A stretch of 49,133 nt of DNA, taken from positions 1-49,133 of the forward strand of contig JALSQM010000036.1 in NCBI GenBank assembly GCA_026985385.1. Direction: 5' to 3'. Origin of the DNA: Acidilobaceae archaeon. Lineage in GTDB: Archaea; Thermoproteota; Thermoprotei_A; Sulfolobales; Acidilobaceae. Shown one piece after another: positions 36,814-45,265 of the stretch. The position numbers and the translations under genes were made by a program. Within the stretch, counting starts at the first letter, position 1. Each line of letters starts with the position of its first letter. Below the pieces are notes generated by a model. It was not told the DNA's origin and did no database searches. It saw nothing but the letters and a program-made list of their open reading frames with translations.

Positions 36814-37193
36814 CGCTTCGAACTCCTCCTAGATGAACGGGAGGACTTCTTCCTGCGCGTCTGCTTTCTCTTAGCCTCAGGCACTTCAACAGCTATTGCC
36901 TCCGCGGGGGCCTTCACCTTCTCGAGGTATATCGCCTTAGCCTCTGAGGGCCTGAGCTTGCCCTCGGCTAGTGCCTCAAGTATGTCGACAGCCTCCGCAA
37001 AAGCGTCCAGAAGCTCGGGGACAACAGGATGGTAGAGGCTTACCTCCTCTTCCGCAGCCTCCTCGCCAGCGCTTGTTTCAGCGGCTTCGCCCTCCCCGGC
37101 AGGAGCCTCGGGTTTAGCCAGCTCCACACCCCCAGGCTCCGCTATGACTTCTTCCTCCTCCGCGGCTTCTTCCCTCTCCTCCTCTACTAGCAT
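36810..37193 (-). CDS. Acidic-N/basic-C small protein, possibly an RNA polymerase subunit Rpo13-like
   Basis: The N-terminal ~55 aa are Glu/Ala-rich. A short helical core follows (PELLDAFAEAVDILEALAEGKLRPSEAKAIYLEK), then a C-terminal KRKQTRRKKSSRSSRRSSKR tail. This layout matches my recollection of Sulfolobus Rpo13. Assignment is by architecture only. Confidence 0.35.
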   Translation of the reverse strand: MLVEEEREEAAEEEEVIAEPGGVELAKPEAPAGEGEAAETSAGEEAAEEEVSLYHPVVPELLDAFAEAVDILEALAEGKLRPSEAKAIYLEKVKAPAEAIAVEVPEAKRKQTRRKKSSRSSRRSSKR

Positions 37194-37390
37194 GTGCTCC
37201 CACCATCCTCGGGGACTCTGCCCCGCGGAAATCCTAATAAACTAGTTGGGAGGCCCACCCCGCCCCCTGATACTCAACGCTATCTTGGAGAGTAGCTCAA
37301 GGGGCTCTCCTCTAAGCACTCATGCGCATCCATTCCCTAGAGCCGCGGGTCACGGCGGCCGTCAGGCCTAGTCCTGCGGAGGCCGGCATC

Positions 37391-38152
37391 CTAATGGGCT
37401 TTACTGAGGGCTTCGCGTATCATCTTCTTGAATCTGACGGCGTCTTCGAATGCGTAGACGTTATTGAACATTACATAGGCCCTCTGGAAGCGGGTAACCT
37501 TGGATAAAAGCATTCTTAGATCGCTGTCCGTGTATTTGTACCTGTAGTTCACCTCGCCTCTACCTCCGAGGCCGTGGAGGCGTATGTAGGCTACATCCTG
37601 CCATCCGGGGGGCTCGCGGCCGCGTAGCAAGTCGCCGGCAACGCGCAGGCCTAGAGAGCCAGCTACTTCCTCTAATAGCTTCCTACCGCTGCTCCACCAG
37701 TCCCCGCGGGGCTCCCAATATACCTCCCAGTCATCAAGGCCGGCATTCCTGAAGAATTCAGTGACGCGCCTTGCATTCTCCTGGGTTGCCTTGAAACTCG
37801 GCGGTGTTTGGAAGACGAGGATCCTCGTCTCAAGGGCTCTGGCGGCCTCTAATGTGACCTCGAGGGCCCAGAGGACCGGTCTACTCGTCTCGAAGGGTTT
37901 AAAGGACTCGGGTTCAAAGGGTAGCTTCCTCTTGAGCCTCCTCCAGAGCCTCTTATTGTACCCGTGCGTTACGAGCATCCACACTTTAACCGTGAATATG
38001 AACCCCTGGGGCGCCTCCCTCCTCCAGGAAGAGAGCTTCTCGGGGGGTGGAGGGTCGTAGAAGGTTTGCTGGACCTCAACTGCGTCAAGCTCCTCGAAGT
38101 GTCTTTTCCTAGCTTTCTGGAACCCACAGGTTCCAACGATTACCTCCTGCAA
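37391..38152 (-). CDS. DUF72 (UPF0759) family protein
   Basis: The N-terminal VGTCGFQ...LDAVEVQQTFYDPP, FIFTVKVWMLVTH, and YIRLHG...YRYKYTDSDL follow the DUF72 TIM-barrel family pattern. The start codon is TTG. Confidence 0.7.
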   Translation of the reverse strand: MQEVIVGTCGFQKARKRHFEELDAVEVQQTFYDPPPPEKLSSWRREAPQGFIFTVKVWMLVTHGYNKRLWRRLKRKLPFEPESFKPFETSRPVLWALEVTLEAARALETRILVFQTPPSFKATQENARRVTEFFRNAGLDDWEVYWEPRGDWWSSGRKLLEEVAGSLGLRVAGDLLRGREPPGWQDVAYIRLHGLGGRGEVNYRYKYTDSDLRMLLSKVTRFQRAYVMFNNVYAFEDAVRFKKMIREALSKAH

Positions 38153-38191
38153 TCCCTTCCTCGCCTGGTTGTTGAGGAGGCTAGGGGGCCT

Positions 38192-38686
38192 CTAAAGGGA
38201 GACGACAGGCCCCGTGAACTCCCTCACCTTAACGTATCTCACTACCGGCACGCTCTCAAGCTTCTCCTTCACCTCGTCAGCCTTTAGTCCCGACTTTGTG
38301 GTGTCAGCTATTATAGTGCATGTCCCCGCCTTACCTCTCGCTATGGAGGCGCACCTTGACACTATTATGTCTATGTTTAGCTCCGAGAGCTTGCCCGCGA
38401 CCTGGGCGAGGGCTCCCGGCTTGTCCTCCATCTCAACGTTTATCTCTACGATGTTCTTAGTCGTAGCGGCGACTGGGGATAGGACTATCTCTCTACGGTC
38501 TATATCAGCTATTAGAACCATGTACATGCCGGGGCTTATTCCGAGGGCGTCTCGGACCGTCTGGGGTATTGTTACCCTCCCCTTCGAGTCGACCTTTACG
38601 AGGGCGGGAAGCTGGAGAGGGCTTATCTTGCCCTCCTCCTTCCTCTCTTCACTCATCCCACTAATCCCCCACATGCCTAGCTTCAT
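38192..38686 (-). CDS. AbrB/SpoVT-type DNA-binding domain fused to an ACT domain (putative ligand-responsive regulator)
   Basis: VKVDSKGRVTIPQTVRDALGISPGMYMVL is the swapped-hairpin AbrB/MazE motif. The C-terminal VEMEDKPGALAQVAGKLSELNIDIIVS is ACT-like. The start is probably the internal ATG at 38656 (MSEERKEEG). Confidence 0.65.
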   Translation of the reverse strand: MKLGMWGISGMSEERKEEGKISPLQLPALVKVDSKGRVTIPQTVRDALGISPGMYMVLIADIDRREIVLSPVAATTKNIVEINVEMEDKPGALAQVAGKLSELNIDIIVSRCASIARGKAGTCTIIADTTKSGLKADEVKEKLESVPVVRYVKVREFTGPVVSL

Positions 38687-38760
38687 AGAACCTATTTAAA
38701 TTCTTTTCTACTTCTAGACTATATGCAAACCAGCGCTCTTAAAGGCTAAAATCCTCCCAC

Positions 38761-40113
38761 TCAGGAGGATCCTGGAGGAGTTTTTCTGAAGGCTACCACG
38801 GAGCCTTCACACGAGGGGTACACGAGGGAGTAACCGGCTTCTAGTAGGTGGTACGCGTGCTCTACCGCCTCAGGCGCTGGAAGAGGGAGTAGTCTCTCTA
38901 GGCTGTGGAGGGGTACCTGACCTGACACAACCACAGCGCTGTGCGCCCCGGGCACCGATAAGGTTATCGGGGGCCTAAGCGGGTCTGGGTGTATGAGGAT
39001 CACTAGCTCCGTCTTATCAAGCAAGGAATCGGCTATCGCCGATAACGCTCGAGGCCCCTCCACGAGGTCGGAGCGATCCACTATCACTGAGGGGTACCTG
39101 GATTCCACCTCTTCCAGCATGGTGATGAGGGTTAGCGAGTACTCCCAGGGTTTCTCGGCCTCAGCCACCAAGATCGTGCGGGGAGGCACCTGGGAGGGTA
39201 CTGTAGCCGCGGGCTTAACGGCTACACGCTGGTAGCCCCGTGAGAGCCAGTAGTCCTCATCACACGCTATGCACAGCACGAGGGGGTCGCCCTTGAGGGA
39301 GGCCAGGGCCTCCCCGGCCTCTCGGGCCCTGGGTCCGTAGGCCTCCACCACGGCCCCCCTCTCCCCTAGTGGTAGCAGGGTCCCGGTTCCCCGGGCGCAG
39401 GCGAACCCCAGGGCCGACCAGCGTCCTCTGGCTCCTTCCAGCATCTGAGATATTGGGGCTCGGGTGAGTATGCCTTCAACCTCTCCCCTTAGGCCGCCGC
39501 AGAGGGGTGGCCTCCTGGGCTTGAAGATCTCGACTACAATACCAGCCAGTAGCCCCAGCCAGCCTAGGCCCGCGAGTATCCCCGCTGCTAGGCCTGCTGG
39601 GCCTTCAATAGCGATGGCCGCGGCGCCCGAGAGGAGGGTGCCCACTGCCCAGAACCAGTTACATGAGGGGCATAGGTGCGAGGCTACATAGGCGCTGGTG
39701 GCCGCTAGGGAAGCCCTCAAGGGGCTTGCTCCAAGCTTGGGATGTACCGCCTCTAGGGGGCCGCCTAGGAGTAGGGCCAGAGCCGCCACCACCGCTAGGG
39801 GGATTGCGGCGGCGAGGGAGGCTCCCTGAGGGGTTACTGGCTGGCTGAACTGCAGCACTGCGAGAGCGAGTAGGGCGGCCGTGAGCGGCGAGCGAGCCGT
39901 GTAGCCGGCCACCGATGCTACGAGGCCCACGAGCGCTGCTCCCAGAAGCGAGGTTAGCTCCACAGGCGTGCCGACGCCTAGGAGCCTCTCATAGAGGGTA
40001 GTAAGCAATGTTACAGCATATCTTCCAAGAAGGTATGCGGCGACCCCCACTAGTGCTATGATAGCGGGCCTCACGGGAGAGCAGAGTCTTAACCGCGTGT
40101 AGCGTAGCCTCAC
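38761..40113 (-). CDS. Hypothetical membrane protein with a soluble C-terminal domain of unknown function
   Basis: The N-terminal ~200 aa of the 450-aa protein form about 6 Ala/Leu/Gly-rich TM helices. The C-terminal ~250 aa are soluble and contain Walker-B-like hydrophobic-acidic strands (PLVLCIACDED, SVIVDRSD), but I see no P-loop. Confidence 0.55.
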   Translation of the reverse strand: MRLRYTRLRLCSPVRPAIIALVGVAAYLLGRYAVTLLTTLYERLLGVGTPVELTSLLGAALVGLVASVAGYTARSPLTAALLALAVLQFSQPVTPQGASLAAAIPLAVVAALALLLGGPLEAVHPKLGASPLRASLAATSAYVASHLCPSCNWFWAVGTLLSGAAAIAIEGPAGLAAGILAGLGWLGLLAGIVVEIFKPRRPPLCGGLRGEVEGILTRAPISQMLEGARGRWSALGFACARGTGTLLPLGERGAVVEAYGPRAREAGEALASLKGDPLVLCIACDEDYWLSRGYQRVAVKPAATVPSQVPPRTILVAEAEKPWEYSLTLITMLEEVESRYPSVIVDRSDLVEGPRALSAIADSLLDKTELVILIHPDPLRPPITLSVPGAHSAVVVSGQVPLHSLERLLPLPAPEAVEHAYHLLEAGYSLVYPSCEGSVVAFRKTPPGSS

Positions 40114-40152
40114 GGGGTAGCCGCCTCCCAGGCGCCGCTATACACTGGAGAG

Positions 40153-43059
40153 GTGGAGGCTTTGAAGGGGGAGTCGGTGGTTCTAGACATGCTCCATCCG
40201 AGGGTGAGAGAAGCTTTCAGGGGCCTCGGCTACAAGGCCTTGCTCCCGATTCAAGAGAAGAGTATACCAGTCATCCTCAGGGGAGAGCACGCGCTACTAG
40301 TAGCTCCGACAGGCAGCGGCAAGACGGAGGCGGCCCTCCTACCCGTGCTCTCACTCATGGCCAAGCTCAAGGAGGAGGGGCGCCTGGGAGGCGGGGTCAA
40401 GGCGATCTACATAACGCCCCTCAGGGCGCTTAACCGTGACATAGAGAGGAGGATCAAGGGCCTCGTAGAGGGGTCGGGGTTCACCGTTCAAGTCAGGCAT
40501 GGCGACACAAGGCCGAGCCAGCGGAGGGCCTTCCTGAGTAAGCCCCCCGACCTGATGGTGACGACTCCGGAGAGCCTAACCCTCCTCTTGTCCGCGACCG
40601 CCAAGAGGGGTCTTTGGGACAACGTGCGGTGGGTCATAGTAGATGAGGTGCACGAGCTTATAGAGAGCGAGAGGGGGGCTGAACTAGCCATAACCCTAGA
40701 GAGGCTGGAGCGCCTCTCCAAGCGTAGAATACAGAGGATAGGGCTCTCAGCAACGCTTTCAAGAGAGAGCATACGTGACGCCGTCAAGCTGCTAGCTGGC
40801 CCTAGGAGGGTTGAGGTTGTTGTGGATCCCTCGGGTAAAACCTATGATATCAGCGTCGAGGTAGTAGAGGGCGAGGAAATAGAGTGGGATAGAATGGTGA
40901 AGAGGGTTGCCGACATAATTAAATCGACCCCGGGTAAGGTCCTCGTCTTCGTCAACACGAGGGCTACAGCCGAGAAGCTCGCTGCCGGCCTCTCGTCGAT
41001 ACTGGGCGACAGCAACGTTAGGGTACACCATGGTAGCCTAGCTCGGGACGTCAGAGAGGAGGCTGAGCGCCTCTTCAAGGAGGGCAGTCTAAAGGCCTTA
41101 GTTGCAACGTCCAGCATGGAGCTGGGCGTCGACATAGGCGACGTTAACCTCGTCGTGCAATTCATGTCTCCCCGCCAGGTTCTAGCTATGACTCAAAGAG
41201 CTGGTAGGGCAGGCCACAGGTTCGGCGAGCCCTCAAGGGCTGTAATAGTGGTGCCACAGAACCTCTTCGAGATCTTGGAGGCCGCCGTGATAGCATTTAG
41301 GGCCATGAGGGGGCACCTCGAGGATCTAAGGGCCCCCCGGGGTTTAGTATGCCCCGTGGCGCATCAGCTGGTTGCAATAACCGTTGAGAGGGGAGGCACC
41401 ACGCTTTCGGAGGCGTATGAGGTTTTCGCTAATGTACCCTTCTACTCCGCCATGAGTATGGGGGACCTAGAAGAGGTAGCCGTGCATCTGGACTCTCTGC
41501 GTATACTGCGGTACGACGAGTCAACAGGCACCCTTAAGGAGAGTGGGAGATCCAGGAGATACCTCTACGGCGTCTCCATGATACCGGATGAGGCCGCATA
41601 CACAGTCATAGATATGATAGAGGATAAGCGGATTGGTGAGGTGAGCGAGAGGTTTATTGAGGCATCTCTCCTGAACATCGATGAGGGTGAGAGGCTGCGC
41701 TTCATACTAGCCGGTAAACTCTGGGAGGTCGTTGAGATAGACTACGAGGATATGAGGATTACCGTGAAGCCCATAGCGGAAGCCGAGGGCCTAGTCCCCG
41801 CCTGGCAGGGAGAGCTCATACCCGTCGACTATAAGGTCGCGAGGGAGGTCTGCGCGCTTCTCTCCCTAGCCATGTACTCGCCAGATGAGGCTAGCAGGAT
41901 CATAGCCGCTAGGGGCCTCGATGAGAGGTGGGTTAACTGGGTAGTAGGGCAGGCCCGTGGAACCGCAAAGGCTTGGGGGGCCCCCTACCTGGAGCCCGGT
42001 AGACCTGTGGTCGAGGTATACCCAAACCTAGCCATAGTCTATGTCTGCCTCGGCAGCAAGGGTAACATGGCGCTAGCGCTTCTGTTAAGCGAGCTGCTGG
42101 CGGCCCGCGGTATACCTGTTAGGTTCAACCACATACCCTACGCTATAGTCCTGAGCAGGCCGGACTCGGCTCCCCTCAGCGGGGATCTCATAGTAGAGGT
42201 TCTCCGGGAGGCCGCGCGCATGGATAGAGTGGAGCGCGCAGGCCTCGTCTACCAAGCCCTTAAGAGGAGCCAGGCATTCCTATACAGGTTCCTCCACGTT
42301 GCTAGGAGGCTCGGCGTGCTCGATAGAGAGGCTAGGGCAAGCCCAGGCCTGCTCAAGAGGATCCTAGAGGCGTACAGGGGCAGCATCGTTGAGAGGGAGG
42401 TATTAAAGGAGCTCGTCTACGATAAGCTTGACATGAGAGCCCTTAACGAGTATCTCGACGCAATGAAGGATCCCGTGCCTGTGAGACTCGATAAAGCGAC
42501 GCCGCTAGCAATGGCCGTCCTAGGGAACCCCTACCTGCGCAGCGACATAGCGGTCAACCTGAAGGAGATAGCGCTTGACAAGCTTGTTGAGGGGATAAAG
42601 AGGAGGCTTCAGAGGAGGCACGTCCTGATGCTATGCACGCACTGCGGCCACGCCTGGGAGGTGGAGGTTCAGAGGATCCCCGCCGAGGCACCGCTCCGCT
42701 GCCCGCGCTGCCGCTACCCAACGCTAGCCCCCCTACCCCCCGGCGACTGGGGGCGCCAGGTAGTCGAGGCTTACAGGAAGAAGTTGAGGGGGGAGAGGCT
42801 GACGAGGGAGGAGAAGAAGCTGGTCAAGGAGGCCGAGGAGAGGGCTAGTCTCTACATGCACTACTCCTTCCAGGGCCTGGGCCGCCGGGTAGTGGAGGCT
42901 CTACTCGCTAGGGGTGTGGGGCCGAGGGCCGCTAAGCGCGCCGTGGAGGCCTACATGGCTGGTGGTGAGAGGGAGTTCTACAGGACTCTAATGGAGGCTG
43001 AGGAGACTTATGTCAGCACGCGTAAGTACTGGGAGAAGCGTAGGCCAGAAGCGGCGTAG
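40153..43059 (+). CDS. lhr: Lhr-type superfamily 2 DEAH/DEVH helicase with a C-terminal zinc ribbon
   Basis: Q-motif LLPIQEKS, motif I APTGSGKTEAALLP, motif II VIVDEVHEL, SAT (LSATL), HHGSLARDVREEAE, and motif VI QRAGRAGHR. There is a large Lhr-like C-terminal extension with CTHCGH...CPRCRY. The ATG at 40189 is an alternative start. Confidence 0.8.
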   Translation: MEALKGESVVLDMLHPRVREAFRGLGYKALLPIQEKSIPVILRGEHALLVAPTGSGKTEAALLPVLSLMAKLKEEGRLGGGVKAIYITPLRALNRDIERRIKGLVEGSGFTVQVRHGDTRPSQRRAFLSKPPDLMVTTPESLTLLLSATAKRGLWDNVRWVIVDEVHELIESERGAELAITLERLERLSKRRIQRIGLSATLSRESIRDAVKLLAGPRRVEVVVDPSGKTYDISVEVVEGEEIEWDRMVKRVADIIKSTPGKVLVFVNTRATAEKLAAGLSSILGDSNVRVHHGSLARDVREEAERLFKEGSLKALVATSSMELGVDIGDVNLVVQFMSPRQVLAMTQRAGRAGHRFGEPSRAVIVVPQNLFEILEAAVIAFRAMRGHLEDLRAPRGLVCPVAHQLVAITVERGGTTLSEAYEVFANVPFYSAMSMGDLEEVAVHLDSLRILRYDESTGTLKESGRSRRYLYGVSMIPDEAAYTVIDMIEDKRIGEVSERFIEASLLNIDEGERLRFILAGKLWEVVEIDYEDMRITVKPIAEAEGLVPAWQGELIPVDYKVAREVCALLSLAMYSPDEASRIIAARGLDERWVNWVVGQARGTAKAWGAPYLEPGRPVVEVYPNLAIVYVCLGSKGNMALALLLSELLAARGIPVRFNHIPYAIVLSRPDSAPLSGDLIVEVLREAARMDRVERAGLVYQALKRSQAFLYRFLHVARRLGVLDREARASPGLLKRILEAYRGSIVEREVLKELVYDKLDMRALNEYLDAMKDPVPVRLDKATPLAMAVLGNPYLRSDIAVNLKEIALDKLVEGIKRRLQRRHVLMLCTHCGHAWEVEVQRIPAEAPLRCPRCRYPTLAPLPPGDWGRQVVEAYRKKLRGERLTREEKKLVKEAEERASLYMHYSFQGLGRRVVEALLARGVGPRAAKRAVEAYMAGGEREFYRTLMEAEETYVSTRKYWEKRRPEAA

Positions 43060-43076
43060 GCTCCCGAGTCCTCAGC

Positions 43077-45173
43077 CTATGACTCCCCTTCCTCTAGGGA
43101 TAGGGCGGCGGGCTCCACGAGGGTGTCTATAGATACTATTCTGGCGCTGCTCTCGGAGATCTTGAAGCCCTTTAGCTTAAGGTACCTCTCAACGACGCTC
43201 TCATGAGTCCTCCTCCCGCTCCTCCTCCATGCTAGAGGGTCTCCTAGTGCTAGAGCTGAATAGACTTTCTCCGCTACAACATCGGCGAGAGGGCAGTTAT
43301 CGAGGCAGAGCTTGCAGTGTATGCATCTACTAGCATCGACTCTGGGTATGAAGCGGTCTCCGACCTCGACCACCCTAATAGCGCCGGTGGGGCAGCTTGT
43401 TTCACAGGCCCTGCAGCCAGCGCAGTTGCTCCAGCGGAATGCGAGCTTCAGAGAGTCTAGGAGCAGCTCCCTCCCGAGGATCCCGCGGGCCCCGGAGACT
43501 CTGATCTCCTTGTCGGAGACCTCGACGGAGACCTTGCCGCCTGCCGCCTCCAGCCTAACCCTTCCATTGCTGGCTCCACTGGGCTCGAAGGCCCCAAGCA
43601 CGCTGTACTGGTCTAGGGCCCACTCAACGCTGAAGCCGGGGTCGGATAATTTGACCCGGTAACCGTTCTCCTCACTCTTAAACTCTATGATTGTGGGCTC
43701 CAGCCACCTCCTATAGGTGTCGCTCCACTCTGGAAGGCTGAGGCCTAGCCTCCGCGCGAGCCTCTGCTTTTGGGCCGCTGGTGTGAGCCATCTCCAGAGG
43801 CCCTTAGATACCCAAGCCTCGGCGGCTCGGCTCTTGAGTCCTATTCTTGACGCCCAGAGTCTCAGGATCCTCTCCCACCGCTCCCACAGCTCGGGATGGG
43901 TTCTCTTGACGAACTCGTACTCGGCAGTATAAGCGGCTGGGCACATGAAGCACCCTATCCTGTCGAAGCCCTTCTCGTAGAGGGGGTTATAGGGCAGCTT
44001 GTTAGCCCATATGTAGAGCCATACGTGGAGCTGGCTCCACTCGTGTATGGGTGCTATGTTGAGTATGTGTGGTATCCACCTGTTCCGCCACACCCTAGGG
44101 CTCCTGGCCCTATCGAGGCTCTCATAGGCCCTCTGGCCCACGACGTTTAGGGCTCCCTCGGGAAACTTCTCGTTGAGGAGGCGGGCTAGAGGGGCCAGCT
44201 TCGTCACCTTGCAGCACCACCTAAAATCCTTCCCTGGGGGCCCGACCCTCTCTACGGCCCTCCAGAACGCGTCGCCGGCGTCCGCCACTAGTAGCTCGAG
44301 TCCATACTCGTCGGCTATCCTCTTGACCGACTCCCTGGTCTCGGGTAACTCGAGGCCTGTATCGTTGAAGATTAGGTAGGGCTTATAGCCCAACCTAAGG
44401 GTTAGGTGTAGTGCTACGAGGCTATCCTTCCCACCGCTATATGAGACCAGTATAGGCTTCCTCAGCTTCTCGGCCATAACGTGTATGAACTTCTCGGCCC
44501 TAGCGGTGTAATAGTATATGTAGTAATCATTTAACTTCACCGCATCATCTAATGTGGAGTTGGTGTTACCCGCCTCCTCCTCGGGGCCTCCCTTGAATAT
44601 CGAGTGCACCTTCAAGACCTCACCGTCATCGCTTACATACGCTATACCCACGGGGTTACCCTCATCGTCGACTAGGGCAACCTGACTGCGGGGGGTTAGA
44701 CCCTGCCCGTTACGGAACACCCTCGTCCTCCTCAGCGTTCGCAGGCCCCCCCTTACTGTAAACGTTGGGAGGGGCTCCCTATCCCACACCCTGAGCAGGC
44801 CCTCGAGTGTGAATCGAAGCCTCCACCGCGACTCAGCGGGATCCCAGTAGACCCTGGCAACAACTACTCCCCTACTGACAACCTCGTACATGAGATCCAT
44901 GAAGGGCACCTTATTGAGTAACAGGATCCCAGAGCCGAGCAGGCCTTGGACGCCCGCCCTATCACCGGTTTCATTGAAGTAAGCCTCCTTAATCACCTTA
45001 ATATCGTGGCTGAAGGCTGGCCTCGCATCGGCAGGAGGCGTCAGCCTTAGTAACTTAGCCTTACCTCCTCCAGGGCATTCAGGGCCTAGCATGGGGGTGT
45101 TCTTCTCGAGACACCAGTATAGCTTAGCTATTAGAGGCCATGCATCAGCGAGCCTCCTCCTACTCCTACCCAC
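43077..45173 (-). CDS. PUA-like + PP-loop APS/PAPS-reductase-like + 2x[4Fe-4S] ferredoxin fusion protein, function unknown
   Basis: The PP-loop is LVSYSGGKDSLV. GQRAYES and PIHEWSQLHVWLYI are PAPS_reduct core motifs. RWCCKV plus GCFMCP gives the CC...CxxC pattern of the APS-reductase-type Fe-S site. The N-terminal TFTVRGG...VALVDDEGNPVGIAYV is PUA-like. The C-terminus has CAGCRACETSCP and CIHCKLCLDNCP. Confidence 0.75.
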   Translation of the reverse strand: MGRSRRRLADAWPLIAKLYWCLEKNTPMLGPECPGGGKAKLLRLTPPADARPAFSHDIKVIKEAYFNETGDRAGVQGLLGSGILLLNKVPFMDLMYEVVSRGVVVARVYWDPAESRWRLRFTLEGLLRVWDREPLPTFTVRGGLRTLRRTRVFRNGQGLTPRSQVALVDDEGNPVGIAYVSDDGEVLKVHSIFKGGPEEEAGNTNSTLDDAVKLNDYYIYYYTARAEKFIHVMAEKLRKPILVSYSGGKDSLVALHLTLRLGYKPYLIFNDTGLELPETRESVKRIADEYGLELLVADAGDAFWRAVERVGPPGKDFRWCCKVTKLAPLARLLNEKFPEGALNVVGQRAYESLDRARSPRVWRNRWIPHILNIAPIHEWSQLHVWLYIWANKLPYNPLYEKGFDRIGCFMCPAAYTAEYEFVKRTHPELWERWERILRLWASRIGLKSRAAEAWVSKGLWRWLTPAAQKQRLARRLGLSLPEWSDTYRRWLEPTIIEFKSEENGYRVKLSDPGFSVEWALDQYSVLGAFEPSGASNGRVRLEAAGGKVSVEVSDKEIRVSGARGILGRELLLDSLKLAFRWSNCAGCRACETSCPTGAIRVVEVGDRFIPRVDASRCIHCKLCLDNCPLADVVAEKVYSALALGDPLAWRRSGRRTHESVVERYLKLKGFKISESSARIVSIDTLVEPAALSLEEGES

Positions 45174-45232
45174 TTCTAGAACCCTGAGGGGAGGCGGCCC
45201 CGGACCCTTAAGAGCTGCGGTAAGACCTTAAG

Positions 45233-45265
45233 TTTATTAATATTTTAATTAAATTATTATTTTAT
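45233..45265. promoter_or_regulatory. 33-nt pure A/T block (TTTATTAATATTTTAATTAAATTATTATTTTAT) in a divergent intergenic region
   Basis: It is the only long 100% A/T run I saw in this window. It contains the TTAATTAA palindrome and several overlapping TATA-like heptamers, and it ends at the ATG at 45264. It fits a leaderless promoter for the + gene, and possibly a promoter for the minus gene starting at 45173. Confidence 0.45.

Noticed and set aside
45233-45265. The A/T block read as a replication-origin unwinding element.
   Set aside because: It is only 33 nt long. No flanking ORB or mini-ORB-like inverted repeats were seen, and no orc1/cdc6 gene is nearby. A promoter is the simpler explanation.
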